Position numbers and translations under genes: made by a program
Source: an uncultured Gammaproteobacteria bacterium
GTDB lineage: Bacteria > Patescibacteriota > Microgenomatia > CAZETR01
Length of the DNA: 57,994 nucleotides
Direction of reading: 5' to 3'
Assembly: GCA_964514545.1 (NCBI GenBank)
Contig: CAZETR010000032.1
Span: 1-57,994 of the forward strand
The notes under the pieces: model-generated
Databases searched by the model: none
The model's input: the letters and a program-made list of their open reading frames with translations, nothing else
What the model was told of the DNA's origin: nothing
In this document: positions 18,489-25,732 of the stretch, piece after piece
Position numbering within the stretch: position 1 is the stretch's first letter
How the letters are laid out: every line of letters starts with the position of its first letter

Positions 18489-20828
18489 ATGACAGAACTT
18501 GTGACTACATTACTAAACCTGCTTGCCGTTTTTGCCTGGGGGGTTTTGGGTGTGGCGATATTAATTGCCCTCGGGTACTGTGCGCTTTTGTGGTACAGGC
18601 ACAGGAACCGAGAGACACACGCGCTGGACTTTAAACTGCTGCAGATTGCCGTACCCCGGGATAACGAAACGAAGATTGATGCGGCAGAGCAAATGATGGG
18701 GGCGCTGTACTCTATTAAAAAAGGAGGGTGGGGGCAGTTTTTAAAAGTTCAACCGCATTTGACATTTGAATTGGTAGCCAGGGAAGGAGACATACGATTT
18801 TATGTCTCTGTTCCTGAGGGTTTGCGGGATCTGGTAGAAAAGCAGATCCACGGAGCTTACCCCGGGGCGGAGATTAAAGAGGTACCGGAATATAATATCT
18901 TTACCGAAAACGGACGGGTAGCCTATGCGGCGCTACAACTGCGGAGTCATCCGTTTTATCCACTCAAAACTTATAAAGATTTGCCGACTGACCCGCTGTC
19001 CCTGCTAACTTCGGGATTAGCCAAGATGGGGGCAGACGAGGGGGCGATTATTCAAATTTTGGTTTCGCCGGCGGAGAATAAATGGAGAGCGTCGGGGCGG
19101 CGGTGGGTAGCCAAGACCAAGAAGAGCGAATCAGACCCGGAAAAGGCAAGCTTTAAAGTTGATCCCAAGGTATTTGAAGCAGTTGATACTAAGTGCCAGA
19201 AATCAGGATTTAACGTATCGGTGCGAATAGTGGTTTCAGCGGGGACGGCGGATATGGCCAAGATGCACCTAACTAATATTAAAGGCGCTTTTGAGCAATT
19301 TGCTTCGGATTTAAACGGGTTTAAGGGAAAGAAGATTCGATTTAAGCCGGGATTTATGATGGATGTGATTTACCGTTATCAAACAATTGGAAATCCGTTT
19401 GCAAATCAATCAATTTTGACCCCGGATGAGCTTGCGACCTTGTGGCACATGCCAAACAAAACCGTCGAGACGCCGCATATCTTCTGGCTTAATTCCAAGA
19501 GAGCTCCGGCGCCAGCGGACATACCTGATCACGGAGATTTATATCTCGGAAAAAGTATTTTCCGCGGGGTGGAGCGGCCGGTGTATATGAATAACGATGA
19601 TCGCAGACGTCACATGTACACAATTGGAAAGACGGGGACTGGGAAAACGGAGTTTTTGAAAGACATGATGATCCAGGATATAAGGGCTGGGCACGGGATT
19701 GCCTTCTTGGACCCGCACGGATCGGGGATCTCCGATATCTTAACCATGATCCCGCCGGAGAGAGCGGAGGATGTGGTTTACTTTAATCCCAGCGATCTGG
19801 ATCGGCCGATGGGGCTAAACTTACTGGATGCTCGGACCGAGCAGGAGAAACATTTTATTACCAGCGCAATTATAGGGCTTATGTATAAGCTCTATGATCC
19901 GCATAAAACCGGAATTATCGGGCCGCGGTTTGAGCACGCTATCCGGAATGCGATGCTGACTGTGATGTGCGAACCGGGGAATACGTTTGTTGAGGTGGTA
20001 CGGGCCCTGACGGACTCGGCATACGTACAAGAATTGCTGCCGAAAGTTCAGGATCCGATGGTAAGAAGATATTGGACTGACCAAATTGCCCAGACGTCTG
20101 ACTTTCATAAATCAGAGGTCCTGGACTATATCGTGTCAAAGTTCGGGCGGTTTGTGACGAACAAGATGATGCGAAATATCATCGGCCAATCCCACTCTTC
20201 GTTTGATTTCCGCGAGGTGATGGACCAAAAGAAGATTTTGTTGGTCAATCTGTCAAAGGGAGATTTGGGAGAGGAGAATGCCCAGTTTCTGGGACTGGTG
20301 ATAGTTCCCAGAATTCTGACTGCGGCCATGAGCCGGATCGACATGCTATCTAAAGGTCAAGACTTCCCTGATTTTTACCTCTACGTTGACGAGTTTCAGA
20401 ACTTTGCTACGCCTGATTTTGCGTCCATAATGTCTGAGGCGAGAAAGTTTAAACTGAACTTAATTGTGGCTAACCAGTATATCGCCCAGATGGAGGAGGA
20501 TATTAAAAATGCCGTATTTGGTAACGTAGGAACGATTGTTTCCTACCGGGTGGGTGTAGCTGATGCGTCATTTTTGGCACATGAGTTTGCGCCGACATTC
20601 TCCGAAACGGATCTGGTAAATGTCGAGGGCCAATCAGTGTTTGTAAAGACGATTGTAAATGGGCAACCGCAACCATCGTTTACAATGAGCGTCCTTAAGG
20701 ACATGACGGCGCAAAAGGCGATGATGCGGAGAGACGTAGCGGAGGCCATAACGCAACTTTCGAGACTCAAGTACGGGCGGGATGCGAAAGTGGTGGAGGA
20801 GGAGCTATCGCAGAGATCAAGGCTCTAG
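18489..20828 (+). CDS. VirD4/TraG/HerA-like coupling ATPase with N-terminal TM
   Basis: Walker A GKTGTGKT, FLDPHG, Walker B LYVDEFQNF, EARKFKLNLIVANQYIAQ, GNVGTIV. Confidence 0.85.
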   Translation: MTELVTTLLNLLAVFAWGVLGVAILIALGYCALLWYRHRNRETHALDFKLLQIAVPRDNETKIDAAEQMMGALYSIKKGGWGQFLKVQPHLTFELVAREGDIRFYVSVPEGLRDLVEKQIHGAYPGAEIKEVPEYNIFTENGRVAYAALQLRSHPFYPLKTYKDLPTDPLSLLTSGLAKMGADEGAIIQILVSPAENKWRASGRRWVAKTKKSESDPEKASFKVDPKVFEAVDTKCQKSGFNVSVRIVVSAGTADMAKMHLTNIKGAFEQFASDLNGFKGKKIRFKPGFMMDVIYRYQTIGNPFANQSILTPDELATLWHMPNKTVETPHIFWLNSKRAPAPADIPDHGDLYLGKSIFRGVERPVYMNNDDRRRHMYTIGKTGTGKTEFLKDMMIQDIRAGHGIAFLDPHGSGISDILTMIPPERAEDVVYFNPSDLDRPMGLNLLDARTEQEKHFITSAIIGLMYKLYDPHKTGIIGPRFEHAIRNAMLTVMCEPGNTFVEVVRALTDSAYVQELLPKVQDPMVRRYWTDQIAQTSDFHKSEVLDYIVSKFGRFVTNKMMRNIIGQSHSSFDFREVMDQKKILLVNLSKGDLGEENAQFLGLVIVPRILTAAMSRIDMLSKGQDFPDFYLYVDEFQNFATPDFASIMSEARKFKLNLIVANQYIAQMEEDIKNAVFGNVGTIVSYRVGVADASFLAHEFAPTFSETDLVNVEGQSVFVKTIVNGQPQPSFTMSVLKDMTAQKAMMRRDVAEAITQLSRLKYGRDAKVVEEELSQRSRL

Positions 20829-20900
20829 GGCCCCGTCATTTATTGTAATTGGTAGTCATTTGTGGTCATTTGTTGTGGGTTTGGGTAAAATGTGAGCGTT

Positions 20901-20972
20901 GCGCCCGTAGCTCAGCGGTAGAGCAGATGTCTTATACACATCGTGTCGGTGGTTCGAATCCATCCGGGCGCA
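20901..20972 (+). tRNA. tRNA-Ile(UAU)
   Basis: Cloverleaf gcgcccg/cgggcgc, D-stem gctc/gagc, anticodon stem gatgt/acatc, loop cttatac (TAT at 20933-20935), T-loop ttcgaat, A73. Confidence 0.9.
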
Positions 20973-21090
20973 CCGTAAATTTCTTGAGAATAGCTTACGG
21001 CGTAAACCCACCTGAGAAAAGTTTAAGGTCTAAACATAAGGGTAAACCGGTCCTTGACACAAAGAAAACAGTTAGTGTATAGGTAGGTTT

Positions 21091-21537
21091 ATGGGAGCAG
21101 AGACAGGTGATGGACGAAATATTGGAGATGAAGATGTGAAGCTGGCTTTTGATCTCGCGACATTGTGGGAGGCGATAGCGGAGAAGGTAACTAGCGAGGT
21201 AAAGGATGGGGTTGGGAGGCTTTATATGCGAGAGGTCTTGCAACTAACTGATGAAGAGATTGAGGCCTTTCTTCGTGAGGAGCAAAATATTTGGGGTATC
21301 GTGGGATTAAAGCAAAATACCTTTCATGGCGATACACCTGTGAAAGGTTTTTGGGCGATGGTGCGGGAACTCGCTCCTGAGTTGGTTTCGGGGGAGGCTA
21401 ATGAGCGTTTTCTATCTGACAAAGGAGGTGTGCCGGGGGTACTTAAGTTGGCGTGGACGCTGCAACACGAGAGTAGAAATGGGAATTTGAGCTGGGTTCT
21501 GATTTTATTGAAGCGGAACGCGATTGCCTACAAGTAG
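21091..21537 (+). CDS. Hypothetical protein
   Basis: 148-aa ORF preceded by TTGACA at 21054-21059. Confidence 0.6.
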   Translation: MGAETGDGRNIGDEDVKLAFDLATLWEAIAEKVTSEVKDGVGRLYMREVLQLTDEEIEAFLREEQNIWGIVGLKQNTFHGDTPVKGFWAMVRELAPELVSGEANERFLSDKGGVPGVLKLAWTLQHESRNGNLSWVLILLKRNAIAYK

Positions 21538-21542
21538 AAGGG

Positions 21543-22403
21543 TTACAGTTCGTCGAGCTTGACGGAGCCGGTTGATTCGCCTTTGATGAGCTGGAGATAT
21601 TTCTCGGTGGTTGAGAGGCGCTTGTGACCTACTAACTGACTCATAACCAGAGGAGAGGTGCCTGCGGCCAGGTGGTGGGCGATAAAGGTGTGGCGCAGGT
21701 CGTTGACTTTGGCATTCTGGATGCCGGCGATTCTGAAATAGCGATCGATGGCGGTTCTGATATTACGAGTTAATAGGGGCCGGCCGGTTTTGGTGATAAA
21801 AAGCGCCTGGGATTTGGATTGAGGACGGATGGCCAGATAACGGTCCAGGGCTTGCTTGGCGGCCTTGTTTAGCGGAACTGTCCGCTCCAGGTGGGACTCG
21901 AAGGGTTTGATGTAGAGCTTATCTCCTTTGATATCTTCTGTTTCCAGGCTTGAGACTTCGCCGATGCGAATTCCGGTCTGGAGCATGAGCTCAACGATTG
22001 CAGCAATGCGGTAGTCGCTTCTGCAGGTGTCACGCAGAGCGCGATACTCGACCTGGGTAAAGATCCGGGGAGGGGAGACCTGGTATTTGGGGTGGGTCAC
22101 GGCCGTAGCCGGATTGGAGTCAAGAAAATCCTCGCTTTTGGCATAACGAAAGAAGGTTTTGAGGGAATTAATCTTGCGGCTGACGGATTTGGCGGTATAG
22201 CCGTCTTTGAGAAGGCCGTTTTTGAACTCATCAAGCGCGCTTGATGTAATTTGGCTTAGTTGCTGGACGTTTTTCTTGATAAGAAAATCGACCATTTGGT
22301 CGATGTCTTTGCCGTAGGCCAAAATGGTAGAAGAAGCCTTTTTGCCGTCCTTGAGGAATTTGAGGAAGCGGGTGTGGGCTTCTTTGAGGGTAATTTGAAT
22401 CAT
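21543..22403 (-). CDS. XerC/XerD-like tyrosine recombinase
   Basis: SAM-like N-domain (RKINSLKTFF), TGIRIGE, NDLRHTF, LVGH...TTEKY; ATG at 22403 preferred over the ORF-track extension. Confidence 0.9.
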   Translation of the reverse strand: MIQITLKEAHTRFLKFLKDGKKASSTILAYGKDIDQMVDFLIKKNVQQLSQITSSALDEFKNGLLKDGYTAKSVSRKINSLKTFFRYAKSEDFLDSNPATAVTHPKYQVSPPRIFTQVEYRALRDTCRSDYRIAAIVELMLQTGIRIGEVSSLETEDIKGDKLYIKPFESHLERTVPLNKAAKQALDRYLAIRPQSKSQALFITKTGRPLLTRNIRTAIDRYFRIAGIQNAKVNDLRHTFIAHHLAAGTSPLVMSQLVGHKRLSTTEKYLQLIKGESTGSVKLDEL

Positions 22404-22500
22404 AACTGAACTTTTTGTAATACTATGGGGTATCGGCAGAGATGATAGCAAATTTGGGTGGGTGGTGTCAACAGCGGGATTTGTGTATGATTTTGTGGGT

Positions 22501-22884
22501 ATGAGGAAGCTAGTCCAGGCAGTGGTCGTGATTTTGTTCGTAGGCACGGTGATAAACTTTGTCAAGACGACTCGACGGCTGGCCGGGGTTTCGAGGGAAA
22601 TCCAGGCTCAGAGGGACAATCTGGTGAGGCTGGAGCGGGAACAGAAGGAGCTACTGGCAAAAAAGGCGGAGGTCGAGACTCCGGGGTTTGTAGAGAAGGA
22701 GGCCAGGGAGAAGCTGGGGATGGGAAGAGAAGGGGAGACCATTTTGGTCCTGCCGGACCAAAATGAAATTCCCAGACCTCCCTCCTTCGCTGAAGCTTCG
22801 GCGGGCAGGCAAATGACAAATCAAGTGTTGGAGAATTTAGAAAATTGGGAGAGGTGGGCGGTGGTGTTTGGGTTTAAGAAGTGA
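22501..22884 (+). CDS. Septum formation initiator (FtsB/DivIC-like)
   Basis: TM segment + coiled coil + VEKEAREKLGM.REGE motif. Confidence 0.75.
   Translation: MRKLVQAVVVILFVGTVINFVKTTRRLAGVSREIQAQRDNLVRLEREQKELLAKKAEVETPGFVEKEAREKLGMGREGETILVLPDQNEIPRPPSFAEASAGRQMTNQVLENLENWERWAVVFGFKK
22780..22809 (+). repeat. 30-bp palindromic element (family A), in frame in the FtsB-like gene
   Basis: ccctccttcgctgaagcttcggcgggcagg, encodes PSFAEASAGR. Confidence 0.85.
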
Positions 22885-22901
22885 AGAAGGAAGAGGGTTT
22901 G

Positions 22902-22973
22902 TGGCTGCGACAGGACTCGGACCTGTAACCATTGCCTTATGAAGACACCGCTCTACCATTGAGCTACGCAGCC
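22902..22973 (-). tRNA. tRNA with CAU anticodon, probably elongator Met
   Basis: ggctgcg/cgcagcc acceptor (G1:C72), loop ttcataa, T-loop tccgagt. Confidence 0.88.
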
Positions 22974-23062
22974 ATAACGTGACTGGCATATTTTAACGTA
23001 GATTGGGCGAGTTGTCATTCGGCTTTGAATCTGGTATAGTTTTGTGGCTGAAAAGCAAAACA

Positions 23063-23132
23063 CGCGGGGTAGTGTAAAGCCGCACGGAAGGCTCATAATC
23101 TTCCAGTCCTGGTGCGATTCCGGGCCCCGCAA
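23063..23132 (+). tRNA. Atypical initiator-type tRNA-Met(CAU)
   Basis: cgcgggg/ccccgca acceptor with C1xA72 mismatch, loop ctcataa; anticodon stem gaagg/tcttc; T-loop tgcgatt. Confidence 0.75.
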
Positions 23133-23142
23133 CACGTAAATA

Positions 23143-23170
23143 AAGAGGCTGTAACTAGCTTCTTTTTTGT
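23143..23170 (+). terminator. Probable intrinsic terminator after the tRNA
   Basis: aagaggct...agcttctt stem followed by a T-run. Confidence 0.55.
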
Positions 23171-23187
23171 TATTATATAATCGTGGT

Positions 23188-23631
23188 ATGGCTCTTCAAG
23201 ACGTTTGGTCACAACTAATCAGGTTTCCCAATGGTGAGGCCGTAGGAAAAAGAATGGCCTAGTTGTTAGAGCTGTCTTTGAGGCTAGGCAACGACGATCT
23301 CTACCCTTCAGTCCAGACAATTTGGCGAGCCATAGAAAGCCGGGAGGAGCAACTTTTGGGTAGAACTTTTGAGGATGTTCACAAAGGAGGCAGCGTCACT
23401 GTCAAGCTAGAAGATGCCATGAGAAAAGCCGGCGACGACGAGTGGGATGAGTTCAAAAGGATTATTAACTTGGAACCAATTAAAGACAAGGAAGCCGAGA
23501 GAATAATCGCCGACGGCAGCGGCCTGGTAAGGGGAACCGGTTTTGAGGACTGGGTATTGGGAAAAACCGAAAAACCCATCGACCCAGAAACAATAATAAG
23601 GAAGGTGAAAACTTTGGGGAAAGAAGCCTAG
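23188..23631 (+). pseudogene. Hypothetical gene interrupted by one in-frame TAG (23260-23262)
   Basis: ATG 23188 lies 6 nt after TATAAT and is in frame with ORF 23263-23631. Confidence 0.55.
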
Positions 23632-23652
23632 TTCAGGTATAATGCACAAATT

Positions 23653-23838
23653 ATGGCGAAGGAGGGGCGGGTAATATCAATTTATGTGTGTTCGAGCATG
23701 GGGGACACCATGCAGGAAGTGCCGACAGTTAAGGGCAAATTTCGCACGATTTATGTTAAAGCCAGCGCCGGCCGGGAGAGAAACCAGGATCTGATTTTAT
23801 GGAGTCCCCGCAACAAAGAACGACGATTCGTAGAGTAG
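23653..23838 (+). CDS. Short ORF, possibly a truncated MOSC-like N-terminus
   Basis: GRVISIYV...MQEV resembles MOSC N-termini; TATAAT at 23638-23643. Confidence 0.35.
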   Translation: MAKEGRVISIYVCSSMGDTMQEVPTVKGKFRTIYVKASAGRERNQDLILWSPRNKERRFVE

Positions 23839-23847
23839 AATTGGGGA

Positions 23848-24075
23848 ATGAAAATGACCCGCGAAGAGATACTGGCAAAGATTGAGGAATTAAAGAAGAA
23901 AAAGGCCGAGAAGGAGGCAAGGTATAAGCACAAGATGCGGTTTTACCGGGGGGTGATACACGAGAGCGCGGCGAGCGAGCTCAAACACCAAGAGGTGAAG
24001 GTGCTGGAGAGTTATCTGGATAGTATTGAGAAGGAAATTAAGGCGTGGGAGGAGAAGCTGGGAGGGGGTAGATAG
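23848..24075 (+). CDS. Small coiled-coil hypothetical protein
   Basis: 75-aa highly charged helical ORF with + strand codon style. Confidence 0.65.
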   Translation: MKMTREEILAKIEELKKKKAEKEARYKHKMRFYRGVIHESAASELKHQEVKVLESYLDSIEKEIKAWEEKLGGGR

Positions 24076-24081
24076 AGATTT

Positions 24082-24141
24082 GAGATAAGCAGAGCTTGTC
24101 TCTGCGAGATGGAGATAAGCAGAGCTTGTCTCTGCGAGATG
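24082..24141. repeat. Two tandem 30-bp family B hairpin repeats
   Basis: gagataagcagagcttgtctctgcgagatg x2, internal gcagag/ctctgc stem. Confidence 0.9.
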
Positions 24142-24256
24142 GAGATTTGAGATAGAGATAGAGTAATTGAGGAAAAGATTGGAGAGATTGAACAATTGGT
24201 TATCGGTTGTCATTGGTAGTCATTTGTGGTCATGGGTTGTGCGGTATAATTAAGCT

Positions 24257-25243
24257 ATGAATAGAATTGTGTTTTCGGGAATACAGCCCTCGGGCAATTT
24301 GCATATTGGCAACTACATTGGGGCGATGCGGCAGTGGGTGGCGGGGCAAACAATCGGGATGAATATTTTCTGCGTTGTAGATTTGCATGCGATTACGGTG
24401 CCACAGGATCCGGTGGTATTGCGGGAAAAAACGCTTGAGGTGGCCGGGCTAATTATTGCCTGCGGAATAGATCCGGAGAAATCAATTCTATTTGTGCAGT
24501 CGCACAATCCGGACCACGCTAATCTCGCGTGGATTTTAAATTGCAATTTATCTATGGGTCAGATGAGCCGAATGACGCAGTTTAAGGAAAAGTCGGAGGA
24601 GAAGGAGTTTGTGGGGGTGGGACTATTTGATTATCCGGCCCTGATGGCGGCTGACATTTTGCTTTATGACACGACCGAGGTGCCGGTGGGAGAGGACCAG
24701 AAACAGCACGTGGAACTGACGCGGGACGTGGCGGAGAGGTTTAATTCTAAGTACGGAGAGACGTTTGTTTTGCCAAAACCAGTCATCCCGCAATTGGGTG
24801 GGAGGGTGATGAGTTTATCTGACCCCTTGAAGAAAATGAGCAAAAGCGACGATGACGCGATGGGGGCAATTGGGTTGTTGGAAGGAAAAGACGCGATTGT
24901 AAAGAAAATAATGAGCGCCGTGACTGATAGCGGAGATGAAATAAAATATGATGAAGAGAAGCGACCGGGGATTTCTAATCTGATGGCGATTTATCGGTAT
25001 TCAACTGGAAAGAAAATCGAGCAGGTGGAGGAGGAGTTTGCGGGAAAAGGATATGGTGAGTTTAAAAAGAGAGTGGCGGAGGCAGTGGTTGCGCTTCTGG
25101 AGCCAATTCAGGCAAAGTATAAAGAATTGCGGGAGTCGGGGGAGCTGGTAAAGATACTGGCCGGAGGAGCTGCCAAAACCCGGGAGATTTCCGGAAAGAA
25201 ATTGGAGCAGGTGTATGAGAGGGTGGGGTTTGTAGTCGGATAG
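24257..25243 (+). CDS. trpS: Tryptophanyl-tRNA synthetase
   Basis: SGIQPSG, HIGN, YPALMAADIL, VPVGEDQKQH, KMSKS. Confidence 0.98.
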   Translation: MNRIVFSGIQPSGNLHIGNYIGAMRQWVAGQTIGMNIFCVVDLHAITVPQDPVVLREKTLEVAGLIIACGIDPEKSILFVQSHNPDHANLAWILNCNLSMGQMSRMTQFKEKSEEKEFVGVGLFDYPALMAADILLYDTTEVPVGEDQKQHVELTRDVAERFNSKYGETFVLPKPVIPQLGGRVMSLSDPLKKMSKSDDDAMGAIGLLEGKDAIVKKIMSAVTDSGDEIKYDEEKRPGISNLMAIYRYSTGKKIEQVEEEFAGKGYGEFKKRVAEAVVALLEPIQAKYKELRESGELVKILAGGAAKTREISGKKLEQVYERVGFVVG

Positions 25244-25296
25244 AGAAAGTAAAGATTAAATATCAAAAATCAAAAGTACACATTAAATATCAAAAA

Positions 25297-25626
25297 ATGA
25301 TTACGATTGACGAGTTTGAAAAGATTGAGATGAGAGTGGGGATGGTAACGGAGGCGAGCGAGGTGGAGGGGAGCGCGAAATTAATAAAACTAAAAGTAAG
25401 AGTAAGTGTAGGTGGGGACGAAATAACTGTATTTACGGGGGTTAAAAGATGGTATTCGGCGGAGTTTTTTACCGGGAAAAAATTTATATTTCTGGTGAAC
25501 CTGGAGTACAAGAAAATAATGGAGAGCGAGTCGCAGGGAATGATTTTGGCGGCGGAGCACGAAGACGGAAAGCCTATTTTTTTGGTCCCGGAGGGAGAGA
25601 TTAGGGTGGGAGCGAGGGTACGATAG
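25297..25626 (+). CDS. tRNA-binding OB-fold protein (MetG C-terminal/CsaA/Trbp111-like)
   Basis: DEFEKIEMRVG, VNLEYKKIMESESQGMIL. Confidence 0.85.
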   Translation: MITIDEFEKIEMRVGMVTEASEVEGSAKLIKLKVRVSVGGDEITVFTGVKRWYSAEFFTGKKFIFLVNLEYKKIMESESQGMILAAEHEDGKPIFLVPEGEIRVGARVR

Positions 25627-25732
25627 GATGGGGGACCAAGAAAATGAGTGTAAGTGGGTAGTCTAAGTCTAGTAAATCGGGGTTGGCCGTGGATAAAAAT
25701 GGGCTTGGGGAGTATGATATGGAAGCAAAAAT

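Noticed and set aside
20901-22973. Integrated island or prophage driven by the tyrosine recombinase at tRNA-Ile/Met
   Set aside because: No duplicated tRNA 3' end (att) or phage genes seen; neighbours are housekeeping
23260-23262. Alternative genetic code (stop reassignment)
   Set aside because: TAA, TAG and TGA all end well-conserved genes here, and Trp is encoded by TGG
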